64,000 bases of DNA from the human T2T-CHM13v2.0 reference genome, Homo sapiens, in the NCBI RefSeq assembly GCF_009914755.1, contig NC_060935.1. The stretch is one strand, 5' to 3'. The position numbers were made by a program, and so were the translations under genes. Below, piece after piece: positions 1 through 14,721 of this stretch. The notes beneath the pieces are model-generated. The model was not told the origin of the DNA. It worked only from the letters and a program-made list of their open reading frames with translations, and searched no databases. Within the stretch, counting starts at the first letter, position 1. Each line of letters begins with the position of its first letter.

Positions 1-1462
1 TGATGAACAGGCAGGAAACAAAACCACCCACAAGGTAGGAGGCCAACCTCGCTGTGGAAATGGACAGAGCCACAGAGCCTTGTGTCTCACACCTGCTGGT
101 CTCACACATGTAGAAACTGGGGCACCCTGGTCCGTCAGCCAGGAGCTGTAAAGGATTGGCTCCTGCATGTGAGACACGTGTGTGTGTGCACGTATACATG
201 TGCACATGAGAGAGAGAGTCTATAGAACTTTGATCTCCATGAGCTTGTGGTCAGATAAAAGCCTGCTAATCATATGATGCCTGATGAACAACACACTGTA
301 TTTTAGGAAGTGTGCCTTAAAGTGCCAAATTGTCAGGGAGGACTAAGACCTCAGTGGAGGCTTCAGGGAGGAGAGGAGTTACACTGGACTTTGGAGGAGA
401 GATAGGACTTGGCCAGCAGGTGTTAGGTGATATCAGGAGGTGCAGAAGAGCATCTGAACAGTTGGTACCTGCTCCAGTTGTCAGGAGGGCCAGCAGGAGT
501 CAACCATATCATCTCTTTTAACTGACTTCTGCTCCATTTAGAAGAGGCAAGACAAGAGGAGCAGTCAGATGGGGAACAAGGTTTCTAAATTCTTGGAGAC
601 TTTCTACAAGCTTTGGGGTAGAGTCAGGAGCTGTGGGTTCCAGTCCCAGCTGTGTGGCCTTGAGCAAGCCCCTTAACCTCATCTGCAGCAGCTCCTGGTA
701 CACAGAGGGGTCTCAGCCAGAGCCATTTTGTATGGCTCTGGGCATAAGGCTTCTCTTTGAACTCAGGAGACAGCAGTTGCAACAGTGCAGTTCAGGCCTG
801 TCTACAGTCTTGTCTTCCATGGCACTGGCTTCTAGCCCAGCCAGGGATGAGGAATGGGGGTGGAGGGAGCTTCCCTCTCACATTAATACAATGTTGATTC
901 TCCCAGCAGCTCCTACAGTGCTTTGGAGTTCCCTGGAAGAGAAGATCTCTCCCCAGCTCCCACACAAGGATTTCCCCAGCAGACCTCCATAGGAGCCCCA
1001 CAGTTTGCAAAATAAAACAAAACTATCAATTCTTTAATTGTTTGCTTTTTTCTCCCTGGGGCATAATGAACCCATTCTCAGTTAACACATACTGCCTGCT
1101 CTCCTTCTCTCTGTCTCTCTCCCTCTCTCTCTGTTGCTGCAAGCAGCTATAGTCTCAGGCGTCTAAGGGAAAGCTCTAGAGAGCCCAAGGCCTGGGAAGG
1201 GTCCTGGAGGCGCAGGGGAAGGCTGACCCCTCCTGGCAACAGCTGGACATCTGCCACCGTGAGGTACCCATTGGCTCTTCTCCCTCCCACAGCCAATGGG
1301 TGGGCTCCTTGGACAAGGCTGGACCCAGTGAGGCCCAGTCCATGAGGACCAGGCCTGCCCAGCTAGACCAGCTGCAGGATGCAGGCGGGGAGGGAGATGG
1401 GGAGAGACAACCTGGGGAAAACAAGAAGCAGGGGCTTGGAAGAAATCTCAGTGGTTGCTGAA

Positions 1463-1511
1463 CATTAAATGAGTTAGTGTTCAAATGAGATGCAAATGAC
1501 ATGCAAATGAG
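1463..1511 (+). promoter_or_regulatory. Clustered POU/octamer motifs (candidate enhancer core)
   Basis: Perfect ATGCAAAT at 1490-1497 and 1501-1508, degenerate GTTCAAAT at 1479-1486 and CATTAAAT at 1463-1470, each followed by GA; no recognisable repeat here. Confidence 0.5.
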
Positions 1512-3406
1512 CCTCTTGGACTTTTGAAAAGGGGCACCCAGCGTTTTGACTAAGAGAATAGCAGTTAATCTCAGCTGCCAGGGACATCAGAGTGACCTCT
1601 CCTCAGAGACACTCCGCTGCATTGAGGAGCTGCCCAAGCTACTCAAAACCAGGTCCCTGACCCACTAGGGCCACATGGGCACCTGGCACCACCGGCCCCC
1701 AGAGACTCCTCTTTCCTTGTTCTACACAAGCCAGTTGGGTAAGGGGCAAAGGCGCACCGAGACTGGTAATTCACAGCACCATAGAAGTCTAGTGAAGGGG
1801 GGACCCTGGTATCATCGTCTTTCCCATTTCACCGTAGAGGATCTGGCCAAGGACACACAGCAGTTTTGTGCCAGAACCAGGCCTAGACCTCAGGGATCTG
1901 AGACTCACCCACTGCCCTCTCCAGCTCAATGTCTGCCCCTGATCTCCCTTGCTGTCCTTTAGTGAAGGCAGAATTTCCCTCTGAGGCCACCCAGGAGGTG
2001 GGTCCTCACGGGGCGGCTCAACCTGCAGGCTCCTCACAGTCCCCGAAATTCCTCAGGTCTGTGTGGCATCCCACCAATAAGGTCCCCTTTCCCCTACCTG
2101 TTCCTCAGACATTCCTAGATCAGGATCTTCACCCGCTGGGACCCCGGGAGTCCCTAGCTGGGGCCTGGGAATATCAGAAGGGAGGAAGCGACAAAATGGG
2201 AGGGAAGAGTGTCACTCATCAAAGGGAATTGGCCCTTCCCAGAGCTTCCACAGGCTTGAGATGCCAGAAAGGACTTCCAGAGGGCAAAGGGGAGTCGGCT
2301 GAGCCTCCTTAAAAGCTGGCAGCTGGGGAGGAGGAGAGGCAGGTAGGGAGGGCAAGGCACAGTTAGGTGGAAACATGGACTACCTTCTGTAGCTACTCCT
2401 CGAGAGATACCAACCACAAAGCACTAGGCTCTCAGAGGAAGAGTTAGCTTCCACCCGTGTCTCCCAGCCCCTGGCAGGCACTGGAGCCCACTTTTCCCCT
2501 TCCTGCTCTCAGCACTCCTGGCTCTGCCCTTCCCTGCTGTCAGCCCCAACCCCAAGACCAAGGTCCCCCAGCTGGGCACAGCAGGGAGACGGGGCAGGGG
2601 ATACATTAGGCATGGAGTCCTGATGCTCACGTACTCGGACACACTCTCTGACAGGGACCCCTTGAGTTCAAAGCTGGGCCCCCCAGTTTACTTAATAAAA
2701 TCATGATAAATGAATACATGAATTGATTGGCTCATTAATTCCTTCATTATTGTTGGAGACCTCACAGCCAGTGAATTCTTCCCCCTCCCCAGGCCTGTAA
2801 TCATCTCCCCACAGAGCCACTCAGGTGGTCCAGAAGCCACCTGGATAGAGAGGGTGCAGGGGCTCCCCTGATGGGCACATTTTCCCAGCTCTGCAGAGCC
2901 TGCCTATCCAGGAGCCCCAATCCTGGCCTCTGCTCCCTGCAGGCTCTGAGAACTTGGGCAGCAAATGCCACCTTCTTGATCATCCAGACATCTGATTCTC
3001 TAGCATGGTGTTTCACATATTATTTTTGTTCCTCCCCATGGGGACGGACACAGGAGGTTGCACAGAGTACGTGCAGAAAACCACCAAACTCCAGTCCTCT
3101 TATCTTCACATTCAGAGAGAGATTCCGGACCCCAGAGTACAGAAGTGAATTGCCCAAGGTCACAGGGCTGGCCAGTAGCCAGGTCTTCTGACTAAGCCAC
3201 CTGCCTTCCATCAGCAGGAAGTGCTCATCCCATCCCAAGGAGGGCCAGCCTGAGGGGAGAAGGTGGAGGGTTTGGGGAAATAGAGACTACCGCTGGAATT
3301 TTCTTTGTGTTCCTACCCACCAGGCTTCATTTGGGATCTGCTCTTCCCCCAGCAGACTTTCATAGTGCTGGCAACACAGCAACCTCTATGTGGGCAGTCA
3401 CTGGCC

Positions 3407-3537
3407 TAGGGTCTTCATACAATTTATCCTCCAAACTGGGGCTCTTTCAAGAGTGAAGGAGGCACTGTTAATTATTCGACAGGGTAACGGTGCACACTTT
3501 GGACTGTCCCAGGCAAACAGAGACATTGGTCAGCCTG
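3407..3537 (+). mobile_element. MER94-like hAT-Blackjack MITE
   Basis: TAGGGTC..CATACAATTTATCCTCCAAACTGGG...GGACTGTCCCAGGCAAAC...TGGTCAGCCTG follows the MER94 consensus, with degenerate terminal inverted repeats. Confidence 0.7.
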
Positions 3538-3709
3538 GCTATAGCTATTCCACGCGGCCCTCCCCTCTTTCAGTAAGAGTCCCCCTTAATCATCTAATGG
3601 TGACCCCAGAGATGTCCTGTGTACTGATGTGGAGACCAGCCACTTAGGTGAGACCTGGGCTTAGCAAAATATAACATATACATTGGATAGGGGGAAAATG
3701 AAGTGTTAA

Positions 3710-4062
<353 letters not shown>

Positions 4063-4079
4063 TCAATTTGCATTTTCTA

Positions 4080-4200
4080 TTCATTGATTTCATAAATATT
4101 TTCAAGTCTACAGTGTGCCTAGCATAATGCTGGGTATTGGAGAAACACTGGCAAATGACATAGACACCGACCCTGTCCTCATGGAATTCATAGACCACTA
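4080..4200 (-). mobile_element. L2 3' end fragment
   Basis: TCATTGATTTCATAAATATTT...CTACAGTGTGCCTAGCA...CCTGTCCTCATGGA, the typical antisense L2 tail pattern. Confidence 0.6.
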
Positions 4201-4357
4201 GAAAAATTGAACACCACTTAAAAATCAAATCATGTTCTCCACAAGGAAACACGAGTGATGGAACACTCAGAAAACACAGGGGTTGGGCCTTGTCAAAGGA
4301 AATCTTTATTGGTTCCATCTTCAAATCAAATCAATTCTATATGGAAGATGATCACCT

Positions 4358-4621
<264 letters not shown>

Positions 4622-4795
4622 GTTATGTGACTTTGAGCAATTTATTCAACCTCTCTGAGCCTCAACTCCCTTACTCGTAAAAAAGGAAAATGATATTATT
4701 TACTTCATAAGCCTAATCTGAAAATGAAACAATAAACCTGTAAACTGCTTTGCACAGTGCCTGAATCAAGGTAGGTACTCAACAGAAATCAGTTC
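4622..4795 (+). mobile_element. MIR
   Basis: Core TGTGACTTTGAGCAA..AACCTCTCTGAGCCTCA and 3' GCACAGTGCCTG..TAGGTACTCAA. Confidence 0.75.
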
Positions 4796-4934
4796 TCTTT
4801 TCTTCTATTTCCAAACTGGTTTTTATATCTTTTTGCCGTTACTCCTGCTCTTCTGCCAGCAAGATACTCTCTCCTTTTCATTGCCTACCCAGGCAACTCC
4901 TATTCATCCTTGAATGCCCAGCATAACATAGCAA

Positions 4935-5155
4935 AAGCCAGCACAGAGTAGCAGTTAAGAATACAAGCTTTTGGTCCAGTGTTCCTGGGTCTGAATTCTG
5001 ATTCTGCCAATTGCTGTGTGATCTTAGGTAAATGACTTAACCTCTCTGTACCTCAATTTCCTCTCGTTTCATTCAATTGTCATGAGGATAAAATGAGTTA
5101 ATAAGCATGCATTTGGACCAGTAGCTACTTCACAGTGGGTGCTATGTGAATTTTT
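4935..5155 (+). mobile_element. MIR
   Basis: tRNA-like head plus core GCTGTGTGATCTTAGGTAAATGACTTAACCTCTCTGTACCTCAATTTCCTC. Confidence 0.8.
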
Positions 5156-5166
5156 GAAAAAAATAA

Positions 5167-5671
<505 letters not shown>

Positions 5672-5989
5672 CTAATGTGAGGGCCCAGGGATCTAGAATC
5701 CTATCTAAACCCCAGGCCTAACTATCCCTCAATTCTACAATGTCATAGCTTGGGAGCCTAAAAGCTGGACAGAGTCGTCTCCTCTGAAATGGCCTAGCCC
5801 CTGTCCTTTCAGAGAGAGCTTCTCAAGGTCATTGCAAAACCAGGCTCTCAAGGCCCCTCCCTACAGCCTCGGCTTTCCTCTCTAGGAGCAAAGTCCCACC
5901 AAGACCTGAACTCTAGCTGCAAGAATTCAAGACGTGTTCAATTCACTTCCAGGTTCTCCTCCCACCCACCACCAGCCCTCTATCCCCCA

Positions 5990-6560
5990 GAGCTAGGCAG
6001 CAGCTGCTGTTAAGAGATCCTATCCAGCCCTGGCTTGACATTTCAACAGCCCGAGACCCAGAGATAAAAGTTGTCACTGAACAAAGTTCATCCCCCTCTC
6101 CCGCTCCCTTCCTGGAGCCTCGATAGGCATCAGAATGGGCACTGAGATGGTCTCTCTTGCTTTCTACTGCTGCTGCCGCTGCTGCAATTCCTGCTTTTTA
6201 TTTAGAGGGGTGGGGGGAGATTTCACAACTGATGATTACGAAGAAGCGGTTTATCACCTGTGCTTTTATGATTGTAGCGACTAAGGGGAAAAAGATGTCT
6301 TTTCAGATAAGCATTTGAAGGACGGGGAGAAAGATTTTCAAAGCTCCCTTTGTTCTCCTGGAGGGCCACGCCATTGAGTTCTGGCAGGCAGCCCGGGAGA
6401 AAGGAGGATTTTAAAAACACAATCTGAGCTGGCTTCCAAACCCCTGCTCACCATCCCTGTCATCAATTAGGGATGTTACTTAACAAGGGGTTTGGGCCAT
6501 TGTCTCATCCAGCCTGCTTTCCCTAATTGGATGCAGAGTGGTGATGAATTATTTGGAAAA
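5990..6560. promoter_or_regulatory. Candidate conserved non-coding enhancer
   Basis: Repeat-free; GATA sites at 6062, 6251 and 6305, TTTATGA, TGTCATCAATTAG and CTAATTGG; several CpGs retained. Confidence 0.35.
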
Positions 6561-7525
6561 GGGCTCCACACTGCAGAGGTCATTGCTTTGGCCCCCTGAC
6601 ACTCAAGGCCAGCTCAGGCTGGGCTGGTGTGGGCCTCTGGGGCATGTTGCTGGCAGGGAGATAAGAGAAGGACCTTTCTGAGGCCCCTCAGTGCAGGCGG
6701 AGAGCACAGACCCAGAACCCAGAGAAGGGCAGGCTGCCAGTCCATGCGGGGAACTGAAGGTGAGTGGCCAGGGAGAAGATGGGGGCCGCTCCTGTGGCCT
6801 CTGCCACCCCCAGCCCCCACTCCAGTTTCTGAAGATGGAGCTCGGTGAGCACAGAGAGCTTTAAGGCCTCAGTCCACAAAGGGACGGGTCTGAATTCGTT
6901 AGGTCAAACTGCCATAGACTCATAAATATTGTGCCCAGAATCCCCCAGACCCTGAGTTACGGACTGAGTCCACCAAAGGTTAAGAAATGGCCATCATCCT
7001 CAGCAAAGGAAAATGCATCCTCCACAGCTTCCAATGGAGAGAACTCTAGGTGAAAGAGAAGCTGGATCCCATGGCACACTGGGTTGCCCTTACCTTTGGA
7101 AATGACTGAGGCCCAGAGTTCAGGATGCTCCCCCACTTTACCCTGCTGTCCCAAGTGTGGGACCATTTTCTTTCTTCCTCACAGTGTAACTGAGATCAAA
7201 CTGCAATGTTTCAATAAAACCTTACTAAATGCCCAGAAGAAACAAAAGAGAAAACAGAGTAATACAAAATCAGATCATCATCAGGTTTAAGACCTACAGT
7301 TGGCTCACGTTCAACTTGGAGCCCTCATAAGTTGCCTCCCCACCAGGGTGGATCCCCAGCTTGCCTCCCTTGCCAGAGGCAAGCTTTCCCCAGCTCATCC
7401 AGGATGCTGGAAGTTCATATCCAAGCAAGAGAGATGGAGTTACCCTCCAACCTACCTAAGACCTGCCTTCTAACTCCTGAGTTCTGTCTAGAACCTACCT
7501 CTTGGCTGTATAATTAAGGTAGGGA

Positions 7526-8131
<606 letters not shown>

Positions 8132-9189
8132 AATTCAGGTAGGGAGTATCTACCAGATATCCTTCAGAAGGAATCATATGACCATGCAGAGCTTCAAATC
8201 ATGAGAATGTCGGAATGCAACCCCACAGACTCACACGTGTGCAAGAAATACACACGTTCAAATGCAACGAACTATTTTTCTGGTTCAAATGGGCCAAGCT
8301 CAGTTGAAGACTTGGTCCCCAGGCTAGGTTTCTTGCCTACCCCTCCAGTTCCCTTTGGTAATAGGGCCCTGCCCTGCTTGTCTGGAGCCCTAGTGTACCC
8401 CTGCCTAGCCCTTGCCAACTCCTGCTGATAGTGTCCAATAGTTTCGGTGCTCTTCCCTGGAACTCCTATCTCCTGGCAGCATCCCTAGATGGACCAACTT
8501 TACCCACAATGTGAATACCTACCTGACTTCCTGCGCTAATTCCTGACCCCCCGCCCCCGCCACTGCTGTGCCATGCCCAGCTCACTGTAGCTACTGACAC
8601 CAACATGAATAAAGCCGACATCATCCCAGGTCTTTTTGAAACCTATAAATGAGGTATCTCACAGCCCTCACCAGGAGCCAGCCATGTGGCTGAGTCAGGT
8701 AATCATGAAATAGTCAGATGAGGAGCTCTTCATTCTCCAGAATTATCCTGAAGACAAACATCCTAAGAGTTGTTATGAAAGATTAGTCCCACAAGAATTC
8801 TAGAAGTGAATAGAACTATTCTATATAAGGCAAGGGCTAGCAACAGCTTGGTACTCTGAAGAGGGCAGAAAAGAGAGAAAAGAGAGAGAGAAAGAGCTGG
8901 CCAGATGGCCAGAGGTTGGGTTTCAATAACTGAATGGAACCATCTCTTTGATTCCTGCCACGCCTAAATCTTCAGTAAGTCTACAAAACCTGCAAAGGCC
9001 AGACATGATCAGATGGCATGGAGACCAGTGAAAGAGAAGATAGAGACAGGCCTGGGAGTGGGGCATCAGAAGCATGAAAGATAAGTGAAGGAGCTCAAAA
9101 AAAATCACAGCGGAGGTCCATGTCTCCAAACATCAAAGAATTGAGGTTTGATAGATCTTTGAAGGCAGAGGTCTCAGTTCATATCTTCA

Positions 9190-9425
9190 ATTACAATCAC
9201 TATGGCCACCGTCTTATGGAGCATCTCCTGTGTGGCAAACTATATTGTTTGTTTATTTAATGCTCATAATAACCCTGTGATCATTATCAATCTTAGTAAT
9301 GCAGTCACTGAGGTTCAGAGTGATTAAGTAACTGCCTCCAAGATCACACAACACACAGCTGTTACATGGCAGATCTAGGTTCGAAGCCCTGGCCAGGTGA
9401 ATCCAAAATTCATGCTCTTTCTACT
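9190..9425 (-). mobile_element. MIR
   Basis: ACTGAGGTTCAGAGTGATTAAGTAACTGCCTCCAAGATCACAC antisense core. Confidence 0.75.
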
Positions 9426-9939
9426 GTGAGACGTTGGGCTTCAGATATCTCTGGGTTTCAGATATCCTCTTCTTGGTTTCTTCCCATTTTCCCTTAATCT
9501 GCTCCTGACAGCCCAAGGTGGGTCTATACTGAGGTGACCTGAATTAGGCCACAATTAGTCACTCAACAAACATTTCTTAAAATTATATTTGCCAGGAATT
9601 GTGCAAGAGATCATATTGCAATGCAAGTGTGATACAAACAAGACCAAGTCCTGGGTGCCAGGACAGACAAACATATATGCACAAGAAGGAGCCCAGGTTC
9701 TGCCTTGGAACAGGTAGCAGAGAATAGGGCATTGGATGTGCAGGGAGGTTTTTCAACCAAGATGGAGCACACACAGCTCCTGTTGCCAAACAGCTGGTCC
9801 TAGAGCACTGCCCCCATCCCACCCTACCCACCTTCTCCAGGCTCACTTTACCCCTTTGCCAATCAGGAAAGAACAGAAACTGTAGAGAGTGCAGACTCCC
9901 TGACACGTTCAGCCTTACCTAGAGGGAAAGAAAAATCCA

Positions 9940-10090
9940 ACTGACATATTCTGAGTATCTCCTATGTGCCAGGCACCCCTTCACAACTCCATTTTGCTGA
10001 AGGAGTAACAGATTGGTTAGGGAGCTTGACCTCAGTCATTCTGCTGGGAAATGCAGAGCTGGGTTTTAAATCCAGCCCCACCCACTCCAA
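9940..10090 (-). mobile_element. MIR fragment
   Basis: GAGTATCTCCTATGTGCCAGGCAC...GCAGAGCTGGGTTTTAAATCCAG. Confidence 0.6.
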
Positions 10091-10879
10091 ATCCCTTGAG
10101 AGGATGATCTTTGCCCCCATGCTGCCTCCCCTCTGCCAGCCAGAACCTGCTGGACGTGCACATGAATGACTGATTGAACTGCAGGCACAGCAGGTAGTGC
10201 ATGCTGAAGGGACAGTGCCAACCCTGCTGCTGCCAGGACCCTCCCCAAGCAAAGGATGTGAGAGAATGAAATATCTGAAGGTTTGGGGTCCATGCTTGTC
10301 CACTCTCTTCAGCCTCCTCTGCACCCGAAGACCCACCTCCCAGGCCACATCGATTCCCTCGATCTCCACTTCCCAGCCAAGAAGTCTGAGCACCAGCCTC
10401 AGGAAAATGTCAGCCAGACCTGGCCAAGCATATGCCTGTGTCATTGGCACCCACAGGGAGTGCCAACAGTGAGGAGGTGGAAGAACCCAGTGCCAGGGGC
10501 GGGGCAGATGGCGTCTCATCAGCCCCATCACTGCTCTGAGAACTCTCAAACCTTCTCTTGGCTTCCTCTCTGAGACAAGGGCTGCCCATGAGTCTTCATC
10601 CCCCATGCCCATGGCAACCCACCCGGCCCGCAACAGCATGCCAACCCATGAGCTGGCAGCGACACTGTCACGGCTCAACTCCCTCTACCACCTGCCTGTT
10701 GTCGCTCTTCATTGAGCGTCATTGGCCCTCCACAGGGCTGTGCTCCCAGGCTCCGGGCTTCCAATCTGCTCTCCAGGAGGCTGACAGAGGACGGGTGGGC
10801 TGGGGGAGGCCTCCCTGCCTCGCTCCCACCAGCTCCTCGCCTAGGGCCTGGATGTTGGAACAAGTGCTAGGAACCCAGA

Positions 10880-11040
10880 GGGTAATTGCTGCCATCTAAT
10901 TATGCATGCATATGATATTAGCCAAAAGCATTTGACTATCTCCTGCGGTCTCAGGCAGATCAAATGGAGAGGCCGCGAGGGTTGGAGGATTACTCCAGCA
11001 AGATAATGGCTGACAAGACTGCCTGCTGCCACTCAGGCAG
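10880..11040. promoter_or_regulatory. Candidate enhancer core with POU/homeodomain palindrome
   Basis: CTAATTATGCATGCATATGAT (12-bp palindrome TATGCATGCATA at 10901-10912), GTAATTG, AGATCAAAT; CpGs retained. Confidence 0.35.
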
Positions 11041-12997
11041 CCTCTGGCAGGCTGTCTTCCCCCATCAGAACCCTCATTCCTCACCTGAGGGAAGACGATG
11101 AGGTGGGAGCTCAGTCCCTCTGGGGGCCAGCAGGAGCTGGAGTCCTCCAAGTCTCAGAGCTCTTGGCCTTTTCCTAACCCAGTCCTACCAGTCCCAATAG
11201 TGAAGACTTTGAGCTTCTCCAAGATGGAAGCAAAGGGTTTGTTGTTTCCAAAAATAGAATTATATGCTCATAGAGAATGGGCATATAATGTTCATGTCTT
11301 AGTGATCATTAAGAAACCCCATGTTCTTCTGAGACTACCATCTCTATCTCACTAGTTGATAAGCCTTCATCTAGAATGAAACTTCTACCCATGTGGCACC
11401 CATTTGCAATTAATTGGGAATACCCATTATTGCCTTCTCCTGGCCCAGTTTCCTGAAAGATACTTTGTTTGCTATTTTTTTTTCTGGAACTTAAGATACT
11501 TAGCACAGTGCTTCGCGCACCTTAGGAGCTCAAGAAATGTTTATTGAGTTCATTTTCACAATTTTAGTCAGCTATTTTCTAGTTATCTACTAGAAGGCAC
11601 CATAGCAGGCACCATGCTAGATTCTAGGGACATAAACACAAACAAATCTCAGTTCCTGCCCTAGAGAAATAACCCACCTGACCCACTAACATTTCATTTT
11701 GGATAACTGGAGGGAAAGGAAGAAAAATCTCAAGACAGAAAAGGACAAGTGGCAGCTAAAGTAGAGAGTGGAGTGAGTCATTGTAACAGGAGGTCTTCAG
11801 GTGAAATAGCAGCAAGGACTTCTTGAGGATTTTAATATTTGCACTGTCAATAAGTATTCATTGTTCCCAACATGTATAAGCCAGGTAATTCACAGATAAA
11901 TGAGAGGGTCTTCCTAAAATCATCACTTAAGATGCAAGAGAATGGTGCAGAGGAAGCCCTGTCAACTGCAGCATTCAGAGTGCCTCATGGGCTCTCAGGG
12001 TTTGGCAGAGCAGAGCAAGTCTCTGAGAGCTGGGTGGGGATGGTAGGAAGGGGCTGAGAGCTGGCATTTGCTGCTCCAGCAGTGGGCTAGGTGCTATGGA
12101 AGCTGACCTAGCTGAAGGCAATGACAGCGGAGGCTTAGTCTGGTGAACAAGCAGGTACCAGCGGGTACCAGTGGTATATAGCTGTCTCCAGTCTTAGTCC
12201 AGGTGACAGTTCCAAGAAGATGGAGAGGAAGTGGTCCTTGGGAGGCTCATGTTGAAGGACTGGGATGCATCCCTAGAATGGGGATTGGTGGAAGCAAGGG
12301 CCAAGGCTCTAAGCCCCCTTCCAGAACAGGAATTGAAGCACATAACCGAAGTCATCAGCACAGGCACATGCCATCAAGGGGGAATCAGCAAAGAGGACGC
12401 AGTGGCTCTCCTCGGGGTCCCTTGAAGGAGCACACCTCACTCATTGATTCGCTCTGGCTCTGCATGCAGGATGTGGCTCCCCATCCCACAAGGGGCAAGC
12501 AGTGGCCATGAGCAGGGCCAGTGGGAGGCTGAGCCCAGGAAGGGGCATCAGGGAGCAGGTGGAACTTGAGTTGAACTCTAAAGGCTGCAGTGGGAGGGGA
12601 GCATTGTTGGCAGGGGCATGAAATGAGAAAAGATACAGAGGCAGAATGTTCTATGGCATGTCTCTGGTCTGGTCAGAAAATATATTCTGCTGGAGTATGA
12701 TATTCAGATTAAAGAATACCACTTATTACATTTGGGGATATGGATCAGGGCTAGATTTTAAGGGGAGTTGAATACCAGACTATGGAATTTGTGAATTCTT
12801 CTGGAGGAACTCTAGAGCCAATGATGGGCTAGAGATAAAATGGAGGTGAAGGAACGGATATGGATAAGGTAACCTCTTGAGGTGTCATATCATCTATGGG
12901 AAATCCGAGGAGAGAGTTGCAAATCTCATTATAGTTGCTGCTAACCAGGCAGAGAGTTCCCGCTAGGAAGGAAAGAGATTCACCCAAACACCCGTGT

Positions 12998-13000
<3 letters not shown>

Positions 13001-13035
<35 letters not shown>
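13001..13035 (+). repeat. (TG)17 microsatellite
   Basis: Uninterrupted TG run. Confidence 0.98.
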
Positions 13036-13037
<2 letters not shown>

Positions 13038-13740
13038 GACAAAATGCTGGAGACTGAGCAATGCTTTCATTGTGCTTGCTGGGGTCACCCTGTAACTAGC
13101 TTTGGGGTCAGGGGTTCAGCTCTGAAAATCAGACATGGGATAAAGATAAGTCAATGCCAACTTCTAGTTCCCACTTTCCCTCCAGCAGCCTCCTTCTCTT
13201 TTGCCTCCTCTTGATGTCTCTGTCTCCAGATAGGATGCCTTCCCTGCTTATAGATCATGCAGGCAAAGGGTTGACACCTCGTGGGTTGTGAAGAGAGAAA
13301 ATGCATCAGAGGTGTTTAGAGGAGATGACAGCTGATCACAGAGGCCTCCTCCTACCCCAGATGTATTTTGTCAACTGATCACTCAAACCAGACCAGAAAT
13401 GGAGCTCACGCAAGCCCCCTGGGTGCTCTGGAGAGAAGGGGGCTCTTTTGATCCCAGACATGCTCCACTCTAGTCTTAGCCACACTCCTGCTGCTCCCCT
13501 GGAGTGGGATTGAGTGAGGGAAGGACAGCTCCCTTTGAAGTTCATCCTGGGACAGGGTAGAGCTTCCTTTCCCTGTAGGAAAATGAGAACAGCCAGCTGT
13601 GGTGTGCTTGGGAAAGGAATCCCCTGAGAGCCTCACTGCCAGGGATACTGCAGCTTTGTGCATAGCCCTGACTTTTTCAGGGCTCCTCCGCCTGCACAGA
13701 AGACAACATAACCATATGACTTTAAAAAGCCACCAAATCG

Positions 13741-14070
13741 CTCTGAACTAAAGCTTCATCATCTGCAAAACAGGGATAGTTTTGTATTTTATTAAATCTA
13801 AGGCATGGATTGTAAGACCTACCATTCTTTTATTTAACACTAAGAAAGAAAATAAGGGCCACCAATTTCATTACAGCATGCCATCCCCTGCAAGACCCAC
13901 CTGATGACAGAGATGTTAAAATGAGAAAAAAAATGTCATTGTGAGCATTTATGAAAGATGATAATAATAATTCTTACTGCCCACGGTTTTGGAGAGGATC
14001 AAGTAGGCTAATGAGCATCAACACACTCTGTAAACTCTGAAGCTCTGTGAACGTAGGAGTTGTGTTTATT
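13741..14070 (+). mobile_element. MIR interrupted by an old TcMar/Tigger-type MITE fragment
   Basis: MIR core (CTCTGAAC..CATCTGCAAAACAGGGATA), then TGTATTTTATTAAATCTAAG..GATTGTAAGAC..CACTAAGAAAGAAAA, then the MIR 3' part resumes near 13960. Confidence 0.55.
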
Positions 14071-14721
14071 ATTAGAATGTCGATGGTGGTAAAGATCTTG
14101 ACTGCACTGGAACGTGAGCATCAGGAGGAAGCCCAAAGACAGCTGGTCTGTCTCCTTCACTGCCACATCCCAGGTGCCTGGAAGAGTGCAGCACGTAATA
14201 GGTTTGCAATGAGTATTTCTGAATAAGTGAATAATGAGTGAGCTGTGAAGTTCCCAGGTATAACAGTCTCACCCCTGTAACAGGTATATTCCATGCTGCC
14301 AGGCGATGGGATGGTGTTGAGTCCAGGGTCTGAGGCCTCTGCTGCCCCTCTTCCTGACCGCTTGTATGAGTACAATGTGAGAACCTGGGCAGACGCAAGG
14401 TCAGGGCTTCCTGAGACTTGCAGGTACCATCTCCCACAGCTTGGCTAGATTTTCATGCAATAAGGCTGGAACACTACCCCAGTGGCCAGACGGGAACCAT
14501 CCCCACCTCTGAACAATGCAGAAATTGGAAGCATATATTGAGCAACAACTGTATGAACAACCAGAGGCTGAGTCCTGCGTGGGAGAGATACAAATATGCA
14601 TTTCTTTCCTCTAGAGTTGACGACCAATTAGGGAGAGAGATACTGGTAAGAAATAAATAGAAACAATCTAAGCAACATGAGGTTTGTGCATGACATTGGG
14701 GACCTGTTAGTTGGTTAGTTG

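Noticed and set aside
9962-10678. Longest ORF (238 aa, minus strand)
   Set aside because: No recognisable domain, low-information composition, 3' end runs into a MIR, and several frames are open in this GC-richer stretch; consistent with chance.
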